The translations under genes were made by a program, and so were the position numbers. A stretch of DNA of 64,000 nucleotides. Source: Bacillota bacterium (GTDB lineage: Bacteria > Bacillota > Sulfobacillia > Fermentithermobacillales > Fermentithermobacillaceae). Positions within the stretch are counted from its first letter, which is position 1; the number at the start of each line of letters is the position of its first letter. Positions 38,150-47,033 of this stretch are shown one piece after another. The notes beneath the pieces are model-generated. The model was not told the DNA's origin. It did not search any database and was given only the letters and a program-made list of their open reading frames with translations. The stretch spans positions 145,127 to 209,126 of the forward strand of contig JBMNKF010000007.1 of NCBI GenBank assembly GCA_050952065.1. Reading direction: 5' to 3'.

Positions 38150-38950
38150 GTGGTTCGAGTGAGAAAAAAGCGAAAGAACGATGTGTTTTGGAGCGCAATA
38201 CTCGTCTTGGTAGCGGGGATACTTCTCTTTTGCGGATGGGGATTGGCGGAGTCCCGAAGAGCCGTGAAAGCCTACACGCCCACGAATCTATCTCGAGTGC
38301 CGGGAGACCTGGCACCCGCTGACACAATAAGGCTTCATGTGATCGGGAACTCGGATTCTTCGGAAGACCAGGACATCAAACTGGCGGTGCGAGACGTCCT
38401 GATGATGTCTCTGGGTTCTCAACTATCCGAGGCCAAAGATGTCGCTTTGGCCGAAAGAACCATATCCTCCTGCCTTGCAGAAATCGAGAACGTGGCAAAT
38501 TCGTGCCTGAAGGACAGCGGGGCGAAATACGGTGCAAAGGTCCTCCTAAAGGGCGTACACTTTCCCGACAAGACTTACGAGACTTCGGAGGGAAAGACCG
38601 TGTTCTTGCCTGAAGGCGAGTACAAAGCCCTTCAGGTGGTGCTGGGGAAGGGAGAGGGCAAGAACTGGTGGTGCGTCATGTACCCGCCCCTTTGCTACTT
38701 CGATTTGGTGCAGAGTGCCTTGATTATGGGCAAGACCCACTCTAGCGAGCAAGAAGGAGGGGTTCAGGCCTGGACACAAACTGACGGCCGGTTCGTTCTC
38801 GTAGATGAAGAATCCGCCCAAGAGGTGCCCATAGAGATCCGTTTCTTGATCGTAGATGCCCTGAAAGCGGGGTTCAGTCGTTTGGCCTCGTTCTTCAAGG
38901 TCGAGGACCAGCAAGCCGCCCTCTACGTCTATCCTCACAACTTGCGCTGA
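38150..38950 (+). CDS. spoIIR: Stage II sporulation protein R
   Basis: IRLHVIGNSDS..DQ.IKL.VRD, FP.K.Y, G.G.G.NWWCV.YPPLC. Confidence 0.95.
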   Translation: MVRVRKKRKNDVFWSAILVLVAGILLFCGWGLAESRRAVKAYTPTNLSRVPGDLAPADTIRLHVIGNSDSSEDQDIKLAVRDVLMMSLGSQLSEAKDVALAERTISSCLAEIENVANSCLKDSGAKYGAKVLLKGVHFPDKTYETSEGKTVFLPEGEYKALQVVLGKGEGKNWWCVMYPPLCYFDLVQSALIMGKTHSSEQEGGVQAWTQTDGRFVLVDEESAQEVPIEIRFLIVDALKAGFSRLASFFKVEDQQAALYVYPHNLR

Positions 38951-39003
38951 ACGGGCTACCTGACCGCCCCACGCATATAATGAAATGCACTGGAGGTGGT
39001 CAC

Positions 39004-39264
39004 GTGATTCGCGCTTCAGACCTCTCTACCCGCGATGTCATAAATACGGTTGATGGACGACGCTTAGGAAACATCGTGGATGTGGAAATCGACCTCACAT
39101 CAGGCAAGATAGTCGCCGTGGTGGTTCCCGGGCAAGCCAAGGTTCTGGGTATTCTTGGCAGGGCGGACGATTATGTAGTCCCTTGGGAGAATGTCAAGAA
39201 AATCGGCGAAGACGTTATCCTGGTTGAGATCTCCGAGCACTATTTGAGGAGAACTCTTCGATGA
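39004..39264 (+). CDS. ylmC: YlmC/YmxH family PRC-barrel sporulation protein
   Basis: DVIN..DGRRLG.I.D.EID...G.I, PW..V.KIGEDVILV. Confidence 0.92.
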   Translation: MIRASDLSTRDVINTVDGRRLGNIVDVEIDLTSGKIVAVVVPGQAKVLGILGRADDYVVPWENVKKIGEDVILVEISEHYLRRTLR

Positions 39265-39287
39265 GTGGGACTGTGAAACCAGGGCTC

Positions 39288-39317
39288 TTGACACTTACTG
39301 CGAATTCTGGGCAAGAT
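39288..39317 (+). promoter_or_regulatory. Putative SigA promoter upstream of the ddl-like leader
   Basis: TTGACA-18 nt-CAAGAT. Confidence 0.45.
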
Positions 39318-39322
39318 CATGA

Positions 39323-39541
39323 TTGATCGCGGAGTCTCCGCCATTGTGTCCTGTGCTTACGGCAAGTAGGGGATAATCGTCTATACCTAAAGGTAGGGCC
39401 GCGTCTGCTCAGGCATGATCAGCTAACCCCGTAAGACTCTTTCAGAAGATCTGAAGACGTCGCTATGGTCTCGCTATGGGCAACTCCGGGGAATATAGGC
39501 GACGCTCTTGCGTACATTGGTGCCGAATTTCGGTTCCGATG
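39323..39541 (+). ncRNA. Candidate structured 5' leader or sRNA upstream of the ddl-like gene
   Basis: Two multibranch domains plus a hairpin, paired by eye (see findings). Confidence 0.4.
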
Positions 39542-39562
39542 GTGAGAAGGAGGGAGGATTCC

Positions 39563-40549
39563 ATGCGCATCGCAGTACTCACCAATCAGACTGGGGACAC
39601 CGTCCTCAATAGACTCGATCCCCACGCCCGGGAGCAATCTCGGGTTACTTGCGAGGCAGTAGTAGAGGCTCTGACCTCCCTCGGACATGAAACGATTACC
39701 GTGGAGATGGGTCCATCGTTCCTACTGGATCTGCATAACGCTGCGCCTGATGCGATTTTCAACATTGCCACAGGTTATCGATCTAAGAGGGATCAACCCA
39801 CTATTGTCGCTGCCATTGAGCTTACGGGCATTCCGTTTACAGGCTCATCTTTTCTCAGCCATGTCATGGGAATCCATAAGCATTTGGCCAAGTTCATCAT
39901 GGAAATGTCAGGCGTTCCAACGCCCAAGTATTGTGTAGTTGACGCCAAGAGGAAAATCCCTTCCTTCGAGGAGCTTGGCAAACTAAGAACTCCTGTCATA
40001 GTTAAGCCCGGGGCGGAAGGCTCCAGCTTGGGCATATCAAGGGAAAGCGTAACCTCGGACCTGATGAAGGTGCCCAAGCTTGTGGCAATCCTCTTGGAGC
40101 GCTTCGGGCCTCCTGTTCTCATCGAGGAGTACATTGCGGGGCGTGAGTTCACAGTGGGCCTTCTGGGTTACCCAGACCCGCAAGTCATGCCCATCCAAGA
40201 GGTCATCTTCAAAGAAGAGTCCATGTACACCTACAGCGTTAAGTCCAAGGACAGTGCCACGTTTGTGTGTCCCGCCCACATATCGGACGACTTGGCCTCA
40301 AGGCTCCAGTCCATAGCGACGAGGGTTTTTGAGGCCCTTGACTGCCGTGACCTGGCTCGGGTGGATATAAGGCTGTCCGAAGAGGGACGGCCTTATGTGC
40401 TGGAGGTTAACACGCTTCCCGGTTTGATGCCAGGATTTAGCGATTTTCCCAGGATTGCCGAAATCGCGGGATTGGACTACAAGACCATGGTTGAACGGAT
40501 TCTGGACGGAGCTATCCGGCGGAGAAGATCAGAGGGAATGGTGCTCTAA
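39563..40549 (+). CDS. D-Ala-D-Ala ligase-like ATP-grasp protein
   Basis: GIPFTGS, VKP..EGSSLGI, EEYI.GRE, ARVD.R, LEVNTLPG; ATG after GGAGG. Confidence 0.85.
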   Translation: MRIAVLTNQTGDTVLNRLDPHAREQSRVTCEAVVEALTSLGHETITVEMGPSFLLDLHNAAPDAIFNIATGYRSKRDQPTIVAAIELTGIPFTGSSFLSHVMGIHKHLAKFIMEMSGVPTPKYCVVDAKRKIPSFEELGKLRTPVIVKPGAEGSSLGISRESVTSDLMKVPKLVAILLERFGPPVLIEEYIAGREFTVGLLGYPDPQVMPIQEVIFKEESMYTYSVKSKDSATFVCPAHISDDLASRLQSIATRVFEALDCRDLARVDIRLSEEGRPYVLEVNTLPGLMPGFSDFPRIAEIAGLDYKTMVERILDGAIRRRRSEGMVL

Positions 40550-40676
40550 ACAGGCTCGGGAGTGTCCGGGGATCCATGGCTGAGAGACGCGGTTGCTTGA
40601 CTTGCCTGTTCGTGTTGGCATACGCTGTCTCTAACGACCACTGCTTATTGTCCTCGAGCATGGAGAGGAAGATCCG

Positions 40677-41939
40677 TTGAAAAGACGTCCGAGGAAGAAG
40701 ACCAAGTTCAGACAATATGCCAGAAGCATAACTACTGCCGCAATCGTTCTGTCTGTGGCCATGCTGTTTGTCTGGCCCTACCTCAGAAGCGCCTTGTTGA
40801 AGATCCTGATACCCGTGGGTCGAGGCTACGCCGGCACTTTAGAAAACCATGTTAAGGGCACGGCTTTGTTCTCGGGAGGTAGCACATTGATAGTGGCGCC
40901 TGTCGATGGGACGTTGAACCTGCAAGTAAAGGATAACGAGTCGGTCAGGGTAGGACAAGTCTTGGCAACCATAGGCGATAGCGAAACGGGAGCGGAGTTT
41001 GCTGACAGCATCGCTAAGGCCCGGGGGAATCTTGCGTCCTATGAGGCGGAAACCGAGCAGGAGTTTGCCCTGTTGAAGGCGGAAGTCCAAGAGGCGTACC
41101 GGGGAGCTTTGGAATCGCTTCTCATGTCGCGCCAGGCTTTTGCCTCTGGGGATGCCCCGGAGGCATTGGCGGCAGAATCGTCTTTGACATCTCTGGAGGA
41201 GATTATCAGGGAAAAGAGAGAGCGCCTATCAAGCATCGAGGATCAGCGAGGGAACCTGGCCAGAACCGTCGCCTTGTTGGAGCAGGCCTTGACCACATCG
41301 AAGGTTAATGTATTGTCGCCATCGGCCGGCGTCTTCTCATCAGAGTTTACAGAAGCACATAAGAAGATCCCTGGTATGTCGCTTTCTGACAAAGATGCAT
41401 CGGAAATCATGGCTCTGTGTAGAGAGATCAAAGATGCGATCGAGATTCGCGTAGAAGACGGCGGATCCGTCAAGATAGGGGATCCCGTTGGACGGGTGAT
41501 CACCGGTGAAGATATAAGTTTTTATCTTCCGGTGAAAACAGAAGAGAGACCCGCTCTCCGGCAAGGTCAGAGCGTCGTATTGCGTTTACCCGATGGCACC
41601 GAAATGAGATCCACAGTGACTTCAGTCGTTGACGCAAGACCACCGGGGTATTCGATCATCTCCGGGACAATCGATGTCGTATCGAGCCGGATAGGCACTG
41701 GATCTGCCGAAGTGACGCTTGTGGCGAGCCGAAACTCGGGAACGGTTATTCCTACAGCGAGCATTCTGGAGATGAATGGCGAGACCGGAGTGCTCATAGT
41801 CCAGAAAACATACGCTCGTTTTGCGCCTGTGGAAATTCTCGCTGCGCACGGCGACCGAACGGTGGTCAGAGGTATCTCCGAAACACACGAGATAGTGCTC
41901 AGGCCAAAGGCATTTCTGGAGGGCAGGCGCGTGAGATGA
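40677..41939 (+). CDS. HlyD-like membrane fusion/coiled-coil protein
   Basis: N-terminal TM, lipoyl-like AP.DG...V.VGQ, long coiled coil, IP..SI....G..GV; usual position upstream of yggS. Confidence 0.7.
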   Translation: MKRRPRKKTKFRQYARSITTAAIVLSVAMLFVWPYLRSALLKILIPVGRGYAGTLENHVKGTALFSGGSTLIVAPVDGTLNLQVKDNESVRVGQVLATIGDSETGAEFADSIAKARGNLASYEAETEQEFALLKAEVQEAYRGALESLLMSRQAFASGDAPEALAAESSLTSLEEIIREKRERLSSIEDQRGNLARTVALLEQALTTSKVNVLSPSAGVFSSEFTEAHKKIPGMSLSDKDASEIMALCREIKDAIEIRVEDGGSVKIGDPVGRVITGEDISFYLPVKTEERPALRQGQSVVLRLPDGTEMRSTVTSVVDARPPGYSIISGTIDVVSSRIGTGSAEVTLVASRNSGTVIPTASILEMNGETGVLIVQKTYARFAPVEILAAHGDRTVVRGISETHEIVLRPKAFLEGRRVR

Positions 41940-42643
41940 TAGAGGACAATCTAGAGATAGTCATGGGAGAGGTACTTGATGCTTGTGAAAGGGCGCATAG
42001 GGACCCGGATTCTGTCCGATTGATGGCTGTGACAAAGAATGTTAGTTCGGAGGAAATCTCCGAAGCGTATAGTCTTGGACTCAGGCTTTTCGGAGAGAAT
42101 CGTGTTCAAGAGGCAAGAACGAAAACCGAGGCCGGGGTTTTTGGAGACTCTAAAATCTGCCTTATAGGTCACCTTCAAACAAACAAGGCCTCTCTTGCCG
42201 CAAGGTTATTTGACGCGGTGCACTCGGTCGACTCCACGAGGGTCGTGGACGCTCTATCACGATTTTCGGTCCTATACCGCCCAAAGGGCCGAGGGGTTGA
42301 GGTCATGATCGAAGTTAATGTGGGCAGAGACCCTCGAAAGCACGGAGTTATGCCCGAGGACGCCTACGATCTGGCTAAACATACTATCGGCCTACCGGGT
42401 GTGACGCTAACTGGACTTATGACGGTCCCTCCGGGCATGGGAGACTTGGCCATGGCCAGACAGGCCTTCAGGGAACTGCGAACTCTCAGAGATCGTCTCG
42501 TAGACTTGAGGATTGACGCCGAAAACCTCAACGAGTTGTCCATGGGCATGTCAGGAGACTATCAGGTGGCTATAGAGGAAGGCGCCACCATAATTCGACT
42601 GGGTACGGCGTTATTCGGCCCTCGCGCCGGGTCAAGAAGGTAA
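41936..42643 (+). CDS. yggS: PLP homeostasis protein YggS/YlmE
   Basis: AVTK, FGENRVQE, IGHLQTNK, LSMGMSGDY, RLGTALFG. Confidence 0.96.
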   Translation: MIEDNLEIVMGEVLDACERAHRDPDSVRLMAVTKNVSSEEISEAYSLGLRLFGENRVQEARTKTEAGVFGDSKICLIGHLQTNKASLAARLFDAVHSVDSTRVVDALSRFSVLYRPKGRGVEVMIEVNVGRDPRKHGVMPEDAYDLAKHTIGLPGVTLTGLMTVPPGMGDLAMARQAFRELRTLRDRLVDLRIDAENLNELSMGMSGDYQVAIEEGATIIRLGTALFGPRAGSRR

Positions 42644-42704
42644 CCGTGGGTACCCGGTAGAAATCCCCTAAGACCGTTAGGTTCCGATGAAGGAGGGAGT
42701 CCTA

Positions 42705-43226
42705 GTGACAGGCGAGGATAGCAGCGCTCCACTGAACATGCACAAGCTAACTCCCTTGGACATTCACAACAAGGAATTCAGGAAGTCCTTCCGGGGCTAC
42801 TGCGAAGATGAAGTAGATGAGTTCTTAGACCTAGTGGTGGCCGAATTCGAGAGAATCCTCCGGCTCAATGAGGATCTTCAGGCGTCCATTGCGGGGTTGG
42901 AGTCTCGCCTTGAACATTACAAGGGACTCGAGGAGACCCTAAAGAACGCCATACTACTTGCCCAAAAGGCGGCTGACGAGATAAGGGAGTCTGCTGTCCG
43001 TGAAGCGGGGATCACAAGAAAAGAGGCCGTCATGGACGCCGAACGTATCAGGAACCAGGCCCAGGAGGCGCTCCGGGAGAGTTACGAAGAGATCGAAAGG
43101 AACAAGAATCGCCTAAGGCGCTTTCAGGCCGAGATGAGAACATTCTTGCAGTCAACATTGGACTTTGTGATCCAGGGGACAGAGAGCTTGGAGGATAGCA
43201 TCAGCGAAGGCAGAAAGGCGAAGTAA
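42705..43226 (+). CDS. divIVA: DivIVA
   Basis: LTPLDIHNKEFRKSFRGY...EVDEFL followed by coiled coil. Confidence 0.93.
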   Translation: MTGEDSSAPLNMHKLTPLDIHNKEFRKSFRGYCEDEVDEFLDLVVAEFERILRLNEDLQASIAGLESRLEHYKGLEETLKNAILLAQKAADEIRESAVREAGITRKEAVMDAERIRNQAQEALRESYEEIERNKNRLRRFQAEMRTFLQSTLDFVIQGTESLEDSISEGRKAK

Positions 43227-43296
43227 CCGAAACATATGCGATAGCAAGAGCGAAGCAGACGATAAACCTAAGGGGGAAACCGCGAGGGAAGGTAGG

Positions 43297-44913
43297 GTGA
43301 CTCCATTGAAGCATGGTGCGACACTTTATCAAAACGGTGAGTTCCATGTGTTTTCGGACAAAATTCGAGTCAGAGAGGCCCTGGCGTCCTACCAAGGTCG
43401 AGTCATCTTCGTTGGAGACAAAGAGAGGGCTCGCCGGGCGTTTCCTGCGGGTGTGACCCCTACTGTGGTAGACCTGGGCGAGAAGCCGGTTCTGCCGGGC
43501 TTCATCGATAGCCATCTGCACCTCATGAACTTGGGGCTGTCTCTGCGTAACCTGGCCTTGGAGGACGTACGTTCTATTGAGGATCTCAAAGCGAAAGTCA
43601 GGGAGCACGCATCCAAGATTGGCGATGACGAGTGGATCTTGGGACGCGGATGGGACCAGGAGAGGTTTAGGGAAAGGCGCTATCCTACGAGAAAGGACCT
43701 AGATGAGGCTGCCCCCGGCAGGCCCGTGTGTCTCTCCCGAGTGTGCGGCCATCTATCCGTGTTGTCCAGCGCCGCCCTGGAGTTGGCCGGAATTACCAGG
43801 GACACTCCTGACCCTGAGGGTGGCGCCATCGACAGAGATGATTACGGCGATCCCACAGGGATTCTCAGGGAGAAAGCCAATGCCTTGACTCTTGGGGTTA
43901 TTCCTGAGGTCACTGAAGAGACTCGCTTAGCGTGCACCATGGAAGCTATGCGATGTCTCCTATCAAAGGGCATAACTTCTGTACATACCAACGATCACGG
44001 AGACTATGTCACCGTGCAAGGCATTTATCAGGCGGCCCATTCCCAAGGAATTCCCCTAAGGATCTACTGGGATATGCCTCGGGAGGCACTAGACGGTATT
44101 CTGGAGACGCCTCTTCGAACGGGGGACGGAGACGACTATTTTCGCATTGGGGCCGTTAAGGTGTTCTCCGACGGTTCGCTAGGTGGGCGCACCGCCGCTT
44201 TGGAAGCACCTTACGCAGACGATCGCTCGACCTCGGGCATTCTGGTCAACGACGAAAGCGCACTTAAGGATGCCGTCTATCTTGCTCATGCTGCGGGCAT
44301 GCAGGTGGCGATTCACGCCATAGGCGACAGGGCGACGAGAATCTCGTTGGCGGCCATAAATGAAGCTCAGAGCAGGATCCCCCGGACATCGCTTCGACAC
44401 CGGATAGTACACGCCCAAATACTGGCGCCCCTTCTCATAAGTGAGATGAAGCGGACGGGCGTCGTGGTCGACGTGCAACCCAAGTTCATCACAACCGACA
44501 TGAGATGGGCTCAAGAGAGGGTGGGCGCTCAGAGAATGCGATCGTCTTACGCGTGGAGGACCATGCTCAAAGCCGGCATTCCCATGGCCGGTGGATCTGA
44601 TAGTCCTGTTGAACCTCCAGACACGCTTTTTGGAATCTACGCCGCAGTTACCAGAAGAGATATGGAAGGAAACCCCCCGGGTGGGTTCTATCCAAACGAG
44701 CGGATCTCTGTCTCAGAAGCTATTCGCATGTTTACCTTAGGAGGCGCTTACGGGGCTTTCGAGGAAGACTCCAAAGGCACATTGGAGCCTGGCAAACTGG
44801 CTGACTTCGTAGTTCTATCAGACGATCCGTTTACCGTTGTGCCCGAGGACATACGAAACATTGAGGTTCTAATGACCGTGGTTGGAGGCCAGGTGGCCTA
44901 CGAGAAACCCTAG
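43297..44913 (+). CDS. Amidohydrolase (YtcJ-like, amidohydrolase_3)
   Basis: PGFIDSHLH, K.FSDGSLG.RTA, HAIGD, HAQ, GSDSP, G.LE.GKLAD. Confidence 0.92.
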   Translation: MTPLKHGATLYQNGEFHVFSDKIRVREALASYQGRVIFVGDKERARRAFPAGVTPTVVDLGEKPVLPGFIDSHLHLMNLGLSLRNLALEDVRSIEDLKAKVREHASKIGDDEWILGRGWDQERFRERRYPTRKDLDEAAPGRPVCLSRVCGHLSVLSSAALELAGITRDTPDPEGGAIDRDDYGDPTGILREKANALTLGVIPEVTEETRLACTMEAMRCLLSKGITSVHTNDHGDYVTVQGIYQAAHSQGIPLRIYWDMPREALDGILETPLRTGDGDDYFRIGAVKVFSDGSLGGRTAALEAPYADDRSTSGILVNDESALKDAVYLAHAAGMQVAIHAIGDRATRISLAAINEAQSRIPRTSLRHRIVHAQILAPLLISEMKRTGVVVDVQPKFITTDMRWAQERVGAQRMRSSYAWRTMLKAGIPMAGGSDSPVEPPDTLFGIYAAVTRRDMEGNPPGGFYPNERISVSEAIRMFTLGGAYGAFEEDSKGTLEPGKLADFVVLSDDPFTVVPEDIRNIEVLMTVVGGQVAYEKP

Positions 44914-45555
44914 AAGTACGTAGGCAGCGCAGAAGCCCAGATACGTAATGCCAATCCTTTGAATAGCCGACACGAAAAAGCCTTCGGGAAACATTCTTAT
45001 GAGCCAGTCTGTGCTGGGGTCAAGAAGCCAAAGGTCATTAGCAAAAGCTATGATGTGGAAACGTGTCCACCAGCGGCCGAAGTCGATCTTGGCGGGCAGC
45101 GCCAGTAGTAGCAGTAGTCCCACGCCTATGAAGCCCGCTGTCATTAGGGGTTTAGAAAGGCTCTTAAGTCGATACGACCACGCTAGGTACAGTCCTCCCA
45201 GCAAGAGCCCCACTAGGAGTATTTGCTGGAACCGAAACCCTTTGGCGAAGAGCTCCCGTACATCTTCTAGGTGTTGAAGCTCCAGCTCATTGTAGAGAAG
45301 CCTTGGAGAACCAAAGACTGTGGTTTCTATCTGAGGTGACGATATACTGCCCACCAAATAATCTATAAGGGATCTTCCACTTCGAGAGAGTTCCTGCAAA
45401 TCCATCCCCGTATCGTGAGGAACCCCCAATTGAACCCACTGAGATGTGTAGAACTCCAGATCCAGAGCCATCAGTTGAACAGAGTGGAGGACCCCCACGA
45501 CCACCAGGCAAATGACTACTGTAGCGGTCGCCAGATGCTTTGTCACGTCTATCAC
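44869..45555 (-). CDS. TIGR01906/DUF1461 family integral membrane protein
   Basis: E..HL.DVR.LF, FH...F.NDLWLLDP..D.LIRMFP..FF. Confidence 0.85.
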   Translation of the reverse strand: MIDVTKHLATATVVICLVVVGVLHSVQLMALDLEFYTSQWVQLGVPHDTGMDLQELSRSGRSLIDYLVGSISSPQIETTVFGSPRLLYNELELQHLEDVRELFAKGFRFQQILLVGLLLGGLYLAWSYRLKSLSKPLMTAGFIGVGLLLLLALPAKIDFGRWWTRFHIIAFANDLWLLDPSTDWLIRMFPEGFFVSAIQRIGITYLGFCAAYVLLGFLVGHLASNHGH

Positions 45556-45691
45556 CGCCTCAAATACTCGGCCTTAATTCTTGCAGAAAGTCTTATCACT
45601 CTGCAAGTTCCAAGCTTTCGCCAAAGGTTTCATCGGTTCCGCCCTGAACACACAGAAACCTACCTATCTGCCGGACACCGTGTAGCAGTTT

Positions 45692-45719
45692 CACCCGCTC
45701 GTGTAGGCTTACATAGTAT
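45692..45719 (+). promoter_or_regulatory. SigK-type promoter
   Basis: CACC-16 nt-CATAgtaT upstream of the PRK06851-like gene. Confidence 0.5.
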
Positions 45720-45783
45720 GCCTAGGCGAAGATCCGCCAGAATACGCTTACCGCGGTTTTTGAAACAGGGGAGGGCACGACTC

Positions 45784-46947
45784 TTGACCAAGAAAGGTTA
45801 CGTGAAACGGGTGTTTCCCGGAAATAACACGCCTATGGGGTTCTTTTCTTACTATGACTACATTCTGCCAAAGGACGCTACAAGGCTGTTCGTGATCAAG
45901 GGGGGACCGGGTGTCGGCAAGTCGACCTTCATGACGAGCATCGCAAAGGATATGGTCGACTTGGGGTACGACGTGGAAATCCACCACTGTTCTTCTGATA
46001 GCAGTTCCATAGACGCGGTGGTTTTCCCGGAAATCGGCGTGGGCATTCTGGACGGAACTTGGCCGCACCAATTTGACCCCAAGATTCCCGGAGCCGTGGG
46101 GGAAATCATCTGGTTGGGCGAATTTTGGGACGAGGCGTCTGTGCGTGCAAAGAAGGCCGAAATACTGCAGTGTCAAAAGGGGTCAGAGTCGGTCTTCAGA
46201 AGGGCATATCGTTACTTGAGAGCGGCCCAGATTGTGTACGAAGACTGGGAGTCGGCCAACACCGAGGGGCTTGATTTTGGCATGTGCAACGCCAGAGCTC
46301 AGGAAATTATCGATGCCAACTTCGGAGAGATACCGATAGCCGGCACTCCGGGTGTGGAGAGACGTCTGTTCGCCAGCGCGATTACTCCCGATGGCATGGT
46401 CAATCACCTCAATACCATCGTGGCGCCTTGCGCCAAGAGGTACGTTATTCGAGGAGAGCCCGGCACGGGCAAGTCATATCTACTAGAAAAAGTGAAGCGC
46501 GTGGCCTTGGAAAAGGGGTTCTTCACGGAGGTATACTACTGCCCTCTTCATCCGGAGAAGGTTGAGCATGTCCTGATACCCGAACTCAGCTTGATATTGA
46601 CCAAGTCTATCGAACCACACACTTACATTCCCGGCCCCAAGGACGTGATTGTAGATATGGATCAATGCTTGAGCCACGAGCAAGTGAGCAAGCATGCCTC
46701 ATACATCGAAAGGGCCAAGAGTCAGTTTGAATCGCTTTTCGATTCGGCCATATATTTCATAGGCCAGGCCAAGCAATATCACGATGCTCTAGAAGGGTAC
46801 TACGCCCCAAACATGGATTTCGCTGGCATAGACCGCCTCAGAAGGAGGACCCTGCAACGCATTTTGGGCTACGCCAGGGAAGCCATGGACGTGGCCGACA
46901 CGGACCAGGGCCCATACAGCAGTCCTTTATCTTCCGGCCACAGGTAA
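45784..46947 (+). CDS. PRK06851-family tandem P-loop ATPase
   Basis: FPGNNT..GF, KGGPGVGKST, CSSD..S.D, DGT.PH, FASAITP.G, G.PGTGKS; TTG start after GGAGG. Confidence 0.85.
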   Translation: MTKKGYVKRVFPGNNTPMGFFSYYDYILPKDATRLFVIKGGPGVGKSTFMTSIAKDMVDLGYDVEIHHCSSDSSSIDAVVFPEIGVGILDGTWPHQFDPKIPGAVGEIIWLGEFWDEASVRAKKAEILQCQKGSESVFRRAYRYLRAAQIVYEDWESANTEGLDFGMCNARAQEIIDANFGEIPIAGTPGVERRLFASAITPDGMVNHLNTIVAPCAKRYVIRGEPGTGKSYLLEKVKRVALEKGFFTEVYYCPLHPEKVEHVLIPELSLILTKSIEPHTYIPGPKDVIVDMDQCLSHEQVSKHASYIERAKSQFESLFDSAIYFIGQAKQYHDALEGYYAPNMDFAGIDRLRRRTLQRILGYAREAMDVADTDQGPYSSPLSSGHR

Positions 46948-46977
46948 ATCTGCCTGTCATCCTGCTGAGAATCACGC

Positions 46978-47002
46978 GCCGGAGAACGCTCTGTTCTCCG
47001 GC
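46978..47002. terminator. Hairpin between convergent genes
   Basis: gccggagaac-gctct-gttctccggc perfect 10-bp stem. Confidence 0.6.
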
Positions 47003-47033
47003 CAACGCTTCATCCTCCAGTGCCCAGTGACCC

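Noticed and set aside
45415-45783. Long N-terminal extension of the PRK06851-like ORF
   Set aside because: It overlaps the divergent gene and promoter; family similarity starts at TTG 45784 after GGAGG.
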